Notes: generated from the letters alone by a model not told the origin. Positions 28,056-42,213 are shown, counted from the first letter of the stretch. The stretch: DNA of 64,000 nucleotides from Octopus sinensis (GCF_006345805.1 NC_043013.1:32116001-32180000), one strand, 5' to 3'. Numbers and translations: made by a program.

Positions 28056-28814
28056 TGTATATACCATCCACACATGCACTGTGCAAACATGGTTAATCTA
28101 TATAGGCTCACGAGAAATTAATGTAAGCATCAATATGGAAAGCAATCATTGTGAGGACAAATGTTTATTGCTGTTGAGATCTGTTTATTAGTTTCAAAAA
28201 TATTAAGCACTTGCTAAAAACGCATCGATTTTCGATTTTCAGTACATACATGCGATATACATATACATATATATATATATATACATGTGTGTGTGTGGTT
28301 GTGTTGTGTGTGCGTGGTGTGTGTATGTGTGTATATATATATGTATATATAATATATATATGTGTGTATATATATATATATATTATATATATATATATTG
28401 TATATACATATATATTATATATATATATAGATATATATATATATGCATATATGCATATATAGGTGTGTGCGGTATATTTGTATATATATATAGGTGATAT
28501 ATATCATATATATATATATATATAATATATATATGTATGTATATATATATATATAAATATATGTGTGTGTGTATGTATGTATGTATATGTGTTTATATGT
28601 GTACGAGTGTTGGTATGTGTACATGAGTTTGCGACAACGTAGTGAGTAAATAGTTTCTAGGATGGCATTTTTCCTGCCATCCTAAATATTTCTGATGCGA
28701 AATAGTTTATTTAGAGGTTGATTAGTTTTGTTGTGTTTTGTTTTTACATTACTTTTTTTTATTTTTTGTTTTGTATCTTGGGGGATTTTTTGTTGTCACA
28801 CACTTTGTTTTTAT

Positions 28815-28815
28815 C

Positions 28816-28865
<50 letters not shown>

Positions 28866-28867
28866 TG

Positions 28868-28899
<32 letters not shown>

Positions 28900-28912
28900 G
28901 GTGGTGGTGGTG
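28815..28912. repeat. Compound trinucleotide repeat (GCA)(GTA)(GTT)(GGT)
   Basis: Direct reading; similar compound at 60765-60882. Confidence 0.95.
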
Positions 28913-29080
28913 GGGGTGTCGTTCCTGCTGCCAGGGCGAATTCGTTATTAAGTTTATATTTGCCATTGATATGAGGAATGAATTTGCATTTCGTTAATTA
29001 ATAAGCAACCACAAACATACACATTTGCGTATGTAACTCACACCTAGTTATATATATATATATTATCTATATATATATAT

Positions 29081-29127
<47 letters not shown>

Positions 29128-29609
29128 TAATATATATATATATTATGCATATATTGCAAATTCCAGTAAACTAATAATTACGAAATTTTAATATTCAACT
29201 TAAAACTATGTGAAAAAAAAAAAAAAAAAAACAAGGCCATAGAATATATTAAAGCAAACTTGACGTAAGATTCAGCTGATAACTGACATCCTATTCTCAT
29301 TTCATGGATTTTTCTATTTTGGGGTTTCTATTCCACACCATGGCACCGTTGTCTTTGGCATGTTGACGACAATATGTCATTTCATTTATTAATATCTTAA
29401 TAGGTAGATCAGGCCGTCTATGTTTTCTAATGCCAAAAGATCCAGGATTGGTTGCGATGTATATTAATCAACGGATCAATTGAGAATTTGTTACTGTTTG
29501 TTCTTTTTTTGTTTTGGTGCTGTGTTTTATACATTTTTTCTTCCTTGTCTCATTGTTGCCTGGAAACTAGCAGTGAGTTTCCATTTTACAACGCTTATCA
29601 TTATTATTA

Positions 29610-29649
<40 letters not shown>

Positions 29650-29717
29650 GTTACTAATAATAATATTGTGATTACTTTACTTTCCTTCTTTCATTAGTTT
29701 ATTATTATTATTATAAC

Positions 29718-29763
<46 letters not shown>

Positions 29764-30252
29764 TTATTTGTTGAACAGCCTATTTATATAGTGGTTTCAA
29801 ATGAAAAGTAAACACGAAAAGACTGAAACACTGTTTCTCTTGGTTAAATGTCAAAGGGTGGTATGTTTGTTTTTGTCTTTTTCTTACGGTGTTTTATTGT
29901 TATTTGTTTGTTTTTTACAATACTTATTTTCGCTTTTATTTTGTTTTATTTTATTTATTTATTTATTTATTCATTTTTGTCTTTTACTTCCCTGGTTACA
30001 TATGTGCGCATTTATTTGTAATATTGACAGCTATTTGCATGAATCTTGAGCTAAAATCAACATTCAAGTTGGGTGAGATAATGCAAAAGATGAATTAGAT
30101 TTGGCTGAGAGAACAGTACAGTGATATAAGATAGGAAGGAAAAAAGTTTTCAAAGATGTGGAACTACAAAAGCATAGTTATACACATACACACACACACA
30201 CACACATACATACATATATATATATATATAATTATCTATTATATATATATAT

Positions 30253-30291
<39 letters not shown>

Positions 30292-30384
30292 ATATATACA
30301 TATTATATATATATATATATTATATATGTGTATAAATATATTATATATGTGTATGTATATATATATCTATATAATTTATATATA

Positions 30385-30448
<64 letters not shown>

Positions 30449-30450
30449 CT

Positions 30451-30488
<38 letters not shown>

Positions 30489-31467
30489 TATTATATTATA
30501 CATACACATATATGTATGTGTGTATATGCTATGCCTTTATATATATATATATATATATATGTGTGTATATATTGTGTGTGTGTGTATGCATGCAAACACA
30601 TTGACACACACGTATATACAAATATTCGTAGGTATGTACGTGTATTTAGACAGGTCTTTCTTTTCACTATATTTATATTTCTTATATATTTACACAAAAC
30701 AAAGGCTCCCAGACAGAAACAGACCAACGTGTGTGTGTGCGTGTATGTGTGTGTGTTTCTGTGTGTACGTGAATGTGTGCTTCTTGTGTGTGTCTCTTTG
30801 TATTTGTGTGTGGTTACTGTATGCGTTTGTGTGGAAAGAAAGCAAAGAAAGCGATAAGCATTACGAAAGACGTGAGGCATTCGATGAAGAAAAAACAAAG
30901 TAGATTTCAACGAATCATTCAGACGGAAAATGACGAACATACTGGACAGTTTGATAACTAGATAGAATGCGAAAAATGTTTCCCTGGTAACTATCACTAA
31001 TTTATAAACTCTTGCAAGCATCGGGAAGCGAGATAAAAGCTATTCCAGAAACCGAGACAAGAACACGAAATGATTTCATCTCCCGGTTGAAGCTGATTCA
31101 CTTCTTAGAAGTTATTGGTGGTTTTGGAGAGAGGAAGAACAATTTCGCTTTCATATTTGTGTTAAAACTTATAATGCATTTGTTTCGAGAAGAAAAATTC
31201 AAAAAAGGGAAAAAAAATGTTTTCTCTGTTTTTAGTTACGCTTTTAACTTTTTCTACGTGTTCTTCTAGCAGTTTGAATGGAAATGAAGCACTTATACTC
31301 CCTATGGAGACGTACAACATTTATTCTCTGTCTAAGAATGTAGCCTATAATTTCTTAACCTTTCCTGTATCTGCAAAGATAAATTTATTGTCAGGGAATA
31401 CGTCCACGCAAAGTTGTGATTGTTGAAAAAGAGATACATAGATAGTTCAATGGACAGATAGATAAAC

Positions 31468-31565
<98 letters not shown>

Positions 31566-31574
31566 GTAGGTAGG

Positions 31575-31634
<60 letters not shown>

Positions 31635-31705
31635 CAAACAGACAGACAGACAGGCAAGCAGACAGGCAGGCAAACAAACAGACAGACAGACAGATAAGTA
31701 GATAG

Positions 31706-32346
31706 ATTTCTTTATTGGCCACCCAGAGCTGAACACAGGAGGGGGGAAGAAGAGAAAAAAAAGTGGGTCGAAAGGGATCGTGGGAAAAAAAAGAAAAAGA
31801 AAGGCCCATCAATAGGGATCGTGTATCACAGAAATGTCAATGTAAAAGGGGAAAACAGATTAGGTTTATCCGTGGAAAGAAAGGCCTACGGCAAAGACCA
31901 CGGTAAACATCGGCAATAGTCTTATGCAAAAAAAACACATCACAGTAAGTGACTCTCATTTTTCCTTTCTTTTTTTGGTCCATAGGATTATGCTCAAGCT
32001 GGGTCCGTCATTCACACGTGCCATCCTTGCTACATTCACCCATCTTTTTTTTTTAAACATTCGCTAGACAGAACTTCCCACTCTACTCTCACCTTCCTCT
32101 TTAAGGGATACTTGAAGAAGTTGATGAGAGATTGACCAGAGAGAAAAGTGTTTGTCTCTAGACCTTTCAGATGCATCCACCATACACATTCTTTCGCCAT
32201 AGCCACAAGTACGATGAAAATGGCTCTTCCTACCCGTTTCAAGGAAGGAGTCGCAACAATATTTACGATAGACTCGGTTGATAAACTGATTCGTCCCACA
32301 CGCGATAGCAGTCGTTCGACAGAGACCCACAGGTCGGAAATGGTTG
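31706..32346 (-). mobile_element. Second Tx1/L1-like LINE 3' fragment abutting (GATA)n
   Basis: Homologous to 9314-10075 (PTISDLWVSVERLLSRVGRISLSTESIVNIV..); 3' end aataaagaaat next to the (GATA)/(GACA) array at 31455-31704. Confidence 0.9.
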
Positions 32347-32845
32347 GTCGATACATTAAGTACCAGTTACGCACTGGAGTCGAGGTAATCGACTTGATTC
32401 CTTTGTCTGTCCTTGTTTGTTCCCACTATGTTTAGCAACTTGTGGGCAATAAAGAAATAAACGTTAGCACGCTGGGCGAAATGCTTAGCGGTATTTCGTC
32501 TGTCTTTACGTTCTCAGTTCAAATTCCGCCGAGGCCGACTTTGCCTTTCATCCTTTCGGGATCGATAAATCCAGTATCAGTTGCGTACTGGGGTCGGTCT
32601 AATCGACTGGCCCCCTCCCCCAAAATTTCAGGCCTTGTGCCTTTTGTAGAAAGGATTATTAGTAAGACGACGAGCAGCATTTAGTCTGTCTTTACATTCT
32701 CAGTTCAAATACCGCTGAGGTCGACTTTGCCTTTCAACCTTCCGGGGAAACAGAAATAAGTACAAGTTAGGGTCTAGTGTAGAGGAAATCGCTTCTCCCT
32801 CCCCTGAAATTGCTGGACTGGTACCTGAATTTGAAATCAATATTT
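32347..32845 (+). mobile_element. Tandem family A SINE units fused to the LINE fragment
   Basis: gtcgatacattaagtaccagttacgcactgg...aataaagaaataa|acgttagcacg... plus further units. Confidence 0.85.
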
Positions 32846-33205
32846 ATTATTTCATTTTACATCTCTGCAATTCACAACACAAATGTAATTTTTATACTTT
32901 ATCACATAAATATATTTTATCTATATTTTCACATATGCTCCTCTAGGTTTTTATGATTTCTGTATTTGCTTGGATGATTTTACTTTTATCTTCCCCAACC
33001 TAAGTGTCAATCTTCCCATATATTTCAAGGACCCTCAAATTGTCAGTCGATATTTCCTTCATATTCCATGTAAACTAATGAGCGTACATTATTATATACA
33101 TACATTTCTACTGCGCTATTCTCATACCAATATTCATGATATATCTTAATAAACATCTTAAGGTTGACAACAGCTCTGATAGTTTCAGCCGCCAGTGTGT
33201 GTGAC

Positions 33206-33243
<38 letters not shown>

Positions 33244-33453
33244 TGAAAACGTTTTCATTCCTCCACCTCACTCTGTATTTCATATCTTCTCTATAATAAC
33301 TATTACTAAACATTTTTTCTCGCTCCGTCGATGATGGAGGGATATAAAATATCCCGGAAATAGCTGTAAGACCCCTTTATAAATGTTCTGAAAACTATTC
33401 ACAGCCTTGGATCTTTTTATATCATTCTGTTAAAGTTATATATAACATATATA

Positions 33454-33559
<106 letters not shown>

Positions 33560-33589
33560 CATATATAGATATGTATAATCTTTTTTTAT

Positions 33590-34028
33590 TCATTTATCCT
33601 GTTACATGTTTCAGGTAAGGATTTTTCTGTCCCTAGGAATCTTGTCTCTCGGTATGGTGTCCTTTCTTTCTGGTGCATATTTAGTGCATATAGCCTGCAC
33701 TGTTGACATAAACAGGCTGAGTTTCAAGTCAATGTTTTGCATGCACAGAACGTTGGACCAGTTTCGTTTGTGGATCTCTGCGGATCAATTCCCATTCTGC
33801 TTTATTGAAATTCAGGTTGGATAAGGCTTGAATCCTCTTGATAGGGTAGATACCAGCACTTCACTTTGGACCGTATCTAGTTAGTTCAAAAATATTGCGA
33901 TCTGAGATTGCTGTTGGTGTCACTTCCACAATAATGTGGCTAAGGTTCACATTATTTGTAAAGAAGTGGTCCAGTATGTTGTTTCCCCTGGTTGGCCTGA
34001 GTATCACTTGCTCCATGAACAGCATATA
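33590..34028 (-). mobile_element. CR1-type LINE apurinic-like endonuclease fragment (pseudogenised)
   Basis: Manual translation LFMEQVILRPTRGNNILDHFFTNN...TPTAISDRNIFEL...LSNLNFNKAEWELI, matching PTRG.NILDL...SDH and F.KADW motifs. Confidence 0.8.
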
Positions 34029-34159
34029 GGGAGACAGAGATGAGGAGAGAGAAACAGAGAGAAGGAGAGAGAAAGAGAGAGAGAGACGTTTGGTGATGCA
34101 AACAGGAAAATAGAACCCATAACATGTGTGTACATGTTTTTTATTATTTTAGTAATGAA

Positions 34160-34560
34160 AGGCGGCGAGCTGGCAGAATCGTTAGCACTCCGGGCGAAAT
34201 GCTCCGTGTGATTTTATCTGCCACTACGTTCTGAGTTCCAATTCCGCCGAGGTCGACTTTGCCTTTCATCCTGTAGGGGGTCGATTAAGTAAGTACCAGT
34301 TACGCACTGGAGTCGATATAATCGACTTAATCCGTTTGTCTGTCCTTGTTTGTCCCCTCTGTATTTAGCCCCTTGTGGGTAGTAAAGAAATAGGTATTTC
34401 ATCCGTCTTTACGTTCTGCGTTCAAATTCTGCCGAGGTCTCCGTTGCCTTTCATCCTTTCGGGATCGATAAATTAAGTACCAGTTGCGTACTGGGGTCGA
34501 TCTATTCAACAGGCCTCCTCCCCCAAAATTTCGAGCCTTGTGCCTAGAATAGGAAACAAT
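34160..34560 (+). mobile_element. SINE family A dimer
   Basis: Full head, LINE-like tail ending gtaaagaaatag, restart at gtatttc, then alternative tail cccccaaaatttcgagccttgtgcct. Confidence 0.9.
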
Positions 34561-34801
34561 ATTGTTCTTCTAGATGCACTGGATCTGCAAACATTGTCTT
34601 CTAGTTTTGTTTACATTGCCCCACCGCCAAAAAATAAAAGAAAATTTCGGGCTTTGAGCCGAAAGTAGAAAAGATTATTTTACAAAAAAAAAAAAAATTC
34701 GACAGAGATTACAACGAAACTGAAGCACCGAGACATTTTTGGCATTTATGCTCTTGAGCTCATCTGAAACGTCTACCGATTATTCATATTTACTGTGTGT
34801 T

Positions 34802-34858
<57 letters not shown>

Positions 34859-35502
34859 CAAAATATGAAAGATATGTCTGTATACGTTTGGTTTTATAGC
34901 AGCACTCTCCCGATCAACGATTCCACAAAGTCATATGACTTTGACGTAACACTAATTTTAATACGACTTGTTGATGCAATAACATTCACCTTTTCGACAG
35001 TTTCAAACTAAGATTAATAAGTTAATGCTTGCAATATAAGTGACTGTCTAAAATTGAATTAAAGCGTTACAATTTTACTCAGATGATATGACTCGCTTTT
35101 GTCAGTTTACAAAGTGGATATTGACATTGAAAACTGGTCAGCTAGACATGTTTTCACACATATGTATGTTTGTTGATATAAAGATATGTGTGTGTCTGTG
35201 TTTATATATAAACCACACGCACATATAAATATATAGATATAAATATACAAACGCGTCCATGTATGTATTTATGTATTTATGTATGTATATGTATTCGTTG
35301 CTCAAGCCCCATGAATATCTTGGTCTGAAAATTCGGAACTTCATCTCCCGAATGCATGTAAAGTTAAGCAACGTAACATGTATTAAAATATTTATTATCC
35401 ACAGTTACAAACATATACGTATCTATATACATTTATATATGCACAGTGACACACACACACACAAATGCACACATACACATACACACATACACACACACAC
35501 AC

Positions 35503-35545
<43 letters not shown>

Positions 35546-35651
35546 ATATAGTATATCAAATTAGAGACAAACCACTATTATGCAAATCAAACAAAGAAAG
35601 ACTTAGCCAATACATAAAATAATTTATATAAATTAAATTTAACATATGAAT

Positions 35652-35703
35652 AACCACTACGATCGTTTCGTGTCAGCACATCTTAGACATTCTTCAGGTG
35701 GTT
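35652..35703 (-). ncRNA. Minimal type-I hammerhead ribozyme, canonical core
   Basis: aaccac-CTGAAGA-a-tgtc..gaca-c-GAAAC-gatc-GTA-gtggtt: 6-bp stem I, 4-bp stem II, palindromic ACGATCGT stem III. Confidence 0.9.
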
Positions 35704-35766
35704 TCAAAACTTCTTAGCGAGTTTTAAATTCTTTAAATAATTTAAAACTCGCTAAGAAGGTTTTGA

Positions 35767-35818
35767 AACCACCTGAAGAATGTCTAAGATGTGCTGACAC
35801 GAAACAATCGTAGTGGTT
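35767..35818 (+). ncRNA. Minimal type-I hammerhead ribozyme (mirror copy)
   Basis: aaccac-CTGAAGA-atgtc..gacac-GAAAC-aatc-GTA-gtggtt; one change breaks the stem III palindrome. Confidence 0.85.
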
Positions 35819-36008
35819 ATTCATATGTTAAAATTTTAATTTATATAAATTATTTTATGTATTGGCTTAAGTCTTTCTTTGTTTGATTTGCATAATAGTG
35901 GTTTTGTCTCTAATTTGATATAATATAATATTTTACTATAAAATTGGATTCAATCTTAAATCTGATTTTTCCTTGTAAATTTGGATTTATTCCCTAATAT
36001 TTATTATA

Positions 36009-36048
<40 letters not shown>

Positions 36049-36087
36049 TATATATGTATATATATATAAAACAAGTGTTTACTCCGA

Positions 36088-36163
<76 letters not shown>

Positions 36164-36261
36164 TTTTTTTAAACATTTTCAGCATTTGAAATATAATTTA
36201 TGCAACTAATGTATCCAATTCAACTCAAATATTTATGTTTTGTAAATCAAATATACAATAA

Positions 36262-36867
36262 TATTGGGTTGTCCGGAAAGTGCCGATTTTCAAAAGAAAA
36301 AAAAAAGGTCAATAAATACTTTGAGTCTAAAGTAGAAAATATTATTTTACAAAAAAAAAAAATTCGACAGAGATTACAACCAAATATGAACCATTTTCTT
36401 ACACAATGCGTCTCCATCTATCCCTTAACTTGAAAATACCCTCTTCCCAAAATTGAGGTGGTTTCATGGCAAAGAATTCATCAAGGTATCTTTTTTACGT
36501 AATCCAAGGAAGTGAAATTTTTACCATTAAGTCTATTCTACAGAGGCCTGAATAAGTGGAAATCCGAAGGAGCAATATCTGGTGAATATGGAGGGTGGGG
36601 TAACACATCCCAGCCGAGCTGGAGCAATTTTTGTCTGGTTCCCAAAGCATCAAGTGCCGAAAATGAACTTTCTTATCTTCCATTTTAAACGGTTACAGAA
36701 TTTACACAGGTTATAAGAACATAAAACTTCTTCCACGAAAAGATAGCTTAAACTGTACTCTAGATGGAGGTGTATTCAAATCCTATTTTATGGACTCAAA
36801 CATGTTCTAAAATAAGTCGAAAGGTAAGCTGCTATAAATCGGCACGATCTTTACGGATAACCCAATA
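36262..36867 (-). mobile_element. Internally deleted mariner with both TIRs and TA flanks
   Basis: TIRs tattgggttgtccggaaag..gccgattt / aaatcggcac..ctttacggataacccaata; LGWDVLPHPPYSPDIAPSDFHLFR and WEEGIFKLRDRW. Confidence 0.92.
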
Positions 36868-36898
36868 CAAGTCTAAACGCTCCTTATATTTAATTTAC

Positions 36899-37280
36899 AT
36901 GTGGTTGTGTGGTAAGAAGCTTGCTTCCCAGCCACATGGTTCTGGGTTCAGTCCCACTGCAGTGTACCTTGAGCAGGTGTCTTCTACTATATCCACGGGC
37001 CGACCAAAGCCTTATGAGTAGATTTGGTAGCACATCGTATATATAAAGGGGTGCGTGTGTGTGTGTATGTATTCTGTGTTTGTCCCATCACCACCGCTGC
37101 ACAAGCGATCTAGGTGTGTGTATGTCTACGTAACTTAGCGGTTCGGCAAAAAAGAGCCGATAGAATAAGTACTAGGCTTACAAAGAATAATCAGTTCTGG
37201 GGTCGATTTGTCCGGCTAAAGGCAGTGCTCCAGCATGGCCGCAGTCAAAATTACTGAAAAAAATAGAGGAATAAAAAGGA
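36899..37280 (+). mobile_element. SINE family B
   Basis: gtggttgtgtggtaagaagcttgcttccc...cagcatggccgcagtcaaa. Confidence 0.9.
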
Positions 37281-38024
37281 AAAGAATACCCAAGGATAAT
37301 TTCATATATAAGAGTGAAGGTGTGTAATTCTATATGCAGCTATTTATGTCTTTAATCAAATATATATTCTCTCCATGTATATATGTACATTTATAAAAAT
37401 GCATTCATTTAAATACGTATGTTTAAATGTGAGTGTGTGTGTGTGAGTGCAGTTAATTAAATATAGTAGTTAATTAAGTATATGGTATACACCTGGTAGT
37501 TTGCTGGTAAAGTACATTCACTGCTTATGGTTAGCTGAAGCCATCAGCGGTCTTGTTATGAATGTACGTTTGTACGGACGTGAATACCTGCGCCAGGCTG
37601 CGAGTTTTGATGCGATGGTATATCCATACCTTCTAACGGTTATATGTAATAATTTTTTTTCATTTTATTGTATATTTGTTTCTTTTGTGCATCTGGTCTT
37701 TGCCAGATACACGTCATATCCGTCATTTTGCCATTTCACTCTATGAAACTCAAGACCTAAATCTTGTACAGGTTAAAAATTATAAGAAGTAAATAAAATA
37801 AAGAAAGAAATGAAATTATCCACATCCTCTCTGTTTGAGAAATTGGATGCAACTGATGAGGAACAGAATACAAACTGAGATTCAAAATTATGAAGTTGTA
37901 GAAATGAGAAACTTTGTCTGTGTATGGATATGAATACACAATTGCATGTACATACATACATATATATATACATATATAATATATATATATAAATGTGTCT
38001 ATATATAAATGTATATAAATGTGC

Positions 38025-38057
<33 letters not shown>

Positions 38058-38481
38058 GCATATGTTTCTTTGTGCGTATGCATGCATATTGATTTTAGTC
38101 AATGACATATATTGTCAATGAAATATACGTGGATAGAAAAGGTGAAAACAGCCTGACTAGCTTTAGAGATTTGGAATTTTGTCAGAAACTTAGAACTGTC
38201 CTTAACGTTCCCTAAAGAGACAACGCATTCGTTAAAGGCTAAAATGTAGTGATCAGTCCATTTTTCACATATATAAATCATTCCTGACAGCTAGATCGTT
38301 AACTGCATTATTGGTATACTACCATGTTCTACTTTCATGCTATACTATAGAACACAAAACTAGAAACTTTAATCACACGATATATACACACACACACACA
38401 TATATATATTATATATATATATATATAGATAGATAGATATATGTATATACATACTTTATTTAAAGCAGCAGAAAATTCAAC

Positions 38482-39143
<662 letters not shown>

Positions 39144-39794
39144 ATCAGCAAGTTTAAGCATTTTTGCAATACGATATTCCCAAGAGTGTAATGAAAACGA
39201 CCGGATTTTTACTTTCTTGAATTTGGACTTAGAGCCTTCATAAACACGCCTGCAATTTACATATGTAACACACCGTGGACCGCAACTTCAAACGGTAAAT
39301 TAATGAGGATTTTGTAATACCAGATTGAACTATTCATTGGTAATGGTATATCATCATACGATGAAGTTGCGGTCCACAACGTGTTACATATGTAAACTTG
39401 CATTTTAAATGCTACATATGGAAATTGTAATCCTAGCAATCGTTGTCTGTGTTAGTAAATAGCATAAAAAATATATATGGCTAGTTTGTGATTAAATGTA
39501 TGCATAAATATAGATAACATATGGAAATTGGTGAAATTGTGGTATTCCACCGTTATTAAAGCGTCTTTCGTTTAAATATATTGCATTAGATCGACGTACC
39601 CAATGCGCAATTCCGTTCTTTAAAAATGATAAAAAGACACACTATGCCTCGTCAGATGTATATGTACAAACAGCAGACGGGGTGGAGATTGCTCTGTTTC
39701 AGCACGACTGAAAATTAACAATCGCTACCATGAACTGCATCACGATTACCCCCATCACCACAAACAACAACATCATACAATGATACATGTTTCT

Positions 39795-40388
39795 TATTTC
39801 TTTATTGCCTACAAGGGCCAAACATAGAGGGGACAAACAAGGACAGACAAACGGATAAATTCGATTACATCAACCCCAGTGCGTAACTGGTACTTAATTT
39901 ATCGACCCCGAAAGGATGAAAGGCAAAGTCTACCTCGGTGGAATTTGAACTCAGAACGTAGCGGCAGATAAAATCCCACGGAGCATTTCGCTCAGCGTGC
40001 TAACGTTTCTTATTTCTCTATTGTCCACAAGGGATCAAACATAGAGGGGACAAACAAGGAAAGACAAAGTGATCAAGTCGATTTCCTCGACCCCAGTGCG
40101 TAACTGGTACTTAATTTATCGATCCTAAAAGAATGAGAGGCAAAGTCGACCTCGGCGGAATTTGAATTCAGACTGTAACGGCAGGCGAAATACCTATTTC
40201 TTTACAACCCACAAGGGGCTAAACACATGGGGACAAACAAGGACAGACAAACGGATTAAGTCGATTACATCGTCCCCGGTGCGTAATTGATACTTAATTT
40301 ATCGACCCCGAAAGGATGAAAGGCAAAGTCTACCTCGGCGGAATTTGAACTCAGAACGTAGCGGCAGTGCTGACGTTTCTGCCACCTC
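39795..40388 (-). mobile_element. SINE family A trimer with 14-bp TSD
   Basis: Three ~200-bp units; TSD tgatacatgtttct at 39781-39794 and 40389-40402. Confidence 0.92.
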
Positions 40389-40646
40389 TGATACATGTTT
40401 CTGTAGTTAACTGCTGGTTGTCTCTGATAGAATAAACTCATTAGCAAAAGCGCTTCATCTATAACTAATCCACCCAGCTCTCTTCATTGTTACATGTTCA
40501 ATGTAGTTTTAGGCATTGGGGAAAAGAGAGTATGATAGTATGATTTTAAATAATTTTACTTCTTGTAGATGCAGTGACACCGTAATAGCCTTCTTCTTGA
40601 CGTGTATAATCTGGCACGTATGGATTTATATGTGTGCGTTTATATA

Positions 40647-40721
<75 letters not shown>

Positions 40722-40743
40722 ATGTTACATTACTCGGTAGTCA

Positions 40744-40806
40744 AGATAAAACTCTGAGTTTCAGATGCCGAAGTGGAAATCCACAACACCATCTCTTCGG
40801 TTATCT
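40744..40806 (-). ncRNA. Hammerhead-like motif (U4C core) in left pLTR
   Basis: agataa-CCGAAGA-gatg..catc-t-GAAAC-tcaga-GTT-ttatct. Confidence 0.7.
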
Positions 40807-41009
40807 GGGCTATTTGAAAACGTTATGAAAAAATACCGTTAAAAATGAAGGGAAATTACTCTGTTATAACTCTGCTTTGCCTGCGTACTTATACATCGCT
40901 CGCATTTTTCGTCATAAAAATTATATAAAATACATAAAAATATATAAAAATATATAAAAATATATAAAATCTTCTTGGGACATAACACAGAAAGCATGTT
41001 CTATCCGTT

Positions 41010-41806
41010 TTCTTTAGGGGACCAAAAACGTAACAGAAATTTAGTCACATGTGGGCATGATCCGAAACTCTGTCCTTGTATTTAGACATGTGGTAGGGTC
41101 TAAGCTGCTTTTCCAGATAAGCCATCTCTCCATGTCGCATAACCGCACCTTCCGCTGCCGTTAGTGTAGGGCTTACATCTGGCCAAAATCTTCCATTGTA
41201 TGTTATAATCGACACCTTTATCTCTTAAGACCAAATATGATTGGATAATTGTGTCGCTTTTCTTTGTTCCAGTGCCTAAAGCTCAAAGTGTGGTTATTGA
41301 ACCTGCCTTGAAATTACCCTCTGTCAGGCCCACGTATTTCTTCGTCGAAACGGTGTCTTAGTGGTTATAGAGTTTACAGTAGCTTCATATATGATGGTCT
41401 TGGACATGCAAGCTCCATTTAGCGGGCACAATTCTTTATTCCTGCATAAACAGCTGTTTTCTTCTTGTGTTTGTATGTTATGATTGATTATGTTTTTAAA
41501 ATTGATAGTTGAACTAAAACTAATTTTTAAATTGTGTCTATTGAAGAGTTTCCTATAAGCATGGTTAACTGGAAAATGTCTATCTATCAGTGCTAGGAAA
41601 TATTTACCTATATTGAAGGCCACCTCGGGTGAGTAAGGGGGCGTAAACCAGATGACCTTCCTATTTCTATTATTCCTTTTCCTTACTGTTGGGCTGGTGA
41701 TAGGTGTATATTTTATTTTTTCGCTAAAACCACTATCTTTTAAAGCTTTATTATAAACTGGGGCAACGCTATTGAAGATGTCCTCATTAGATGAGAGGCT
41801 AGAAAT
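41010..41806 (-). pseudogene. Penelope-like RT thumb + GIY-YIG endonuclease, frameshifted
   Basis: ISSLSSNEDIFNSVAPVYNKALKDSGF..RKVIWFTPPYSPEVAFNIGKYFLALIDRHFPVNH..KLFNRHNLKISFS..CLCRNKELCPLNGACMSKTIIYEATV..GNFKAG..NHTLSF..LNTRTEF..CPH. Confidence 0.9.
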
Positions 41807-42045
41807 CCTAAATTTCTGTTACGTTTTTGGTCCCCTAAAGAAAACGGATAGAACATGCTTTCTGTGTTATGTCCCAAGAAGATTTTATATATTTTTTATA
41901 TATTTTTATATATTTTTATGTATTTTATATAATTTTTATGACGAAAAATGCGAGCGATGTATAAGTACGCAGGCAAAGCAGAGTTATAACAGGGTAATTT
42001 CCCTTCATTTTTAACGGTATTTTTTCATAACGTTTTCAAATAGCC

Positions 42046-42107
42046 AGATAACCGAAGAGATGGGTGTTGGGATTTCACTTCGGCATCTGAAACTCAGAGT
42101 TTTATCT
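42046..42107 (+). ncRNA. Hammerhead-like motif (U4C core) in right pLTR
   Basis: agataa-CCGAAGA-gatg..catc-t-GAAAC-tcaga-GTT-ttatct. Confidence 0.7.
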
Positions 42108-42213
42108 TGACTACCGAGTAATGTAACATATTGTATAGATAAATTTCCTCTATTTACATAATATTGAGGTCTCTTTCTTTCTTTTGTTATCTTACCGTTT
42201 TATCAATATATAA

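Larger units (their letters stand above)
35552..36005 (+). mobile_element. Penelope-like pLTR inversion: ~180-bp inverted arms (35552-35730 / 35739-35922) plus tail, within (TA)n
   Basis: Arms are reverse complements with an 8-nt spacer; hammerhead in each arm; same 3' end recurs at 42266-42445 (-) and 43905-44055 (+). Confidence 0.9.
40714..42207. mobile_element. Penelope-like retroelement fragment: ~330-bp inverted pLTRs (40714-41044 / 41808-42137) around an RT C-terminus/GIY-YIG segment, within (TA)n
   Basis: Arms are reverse complements; ~70-bp tail only on the right arm; (TA)n both sides. Confidence 0.92.
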
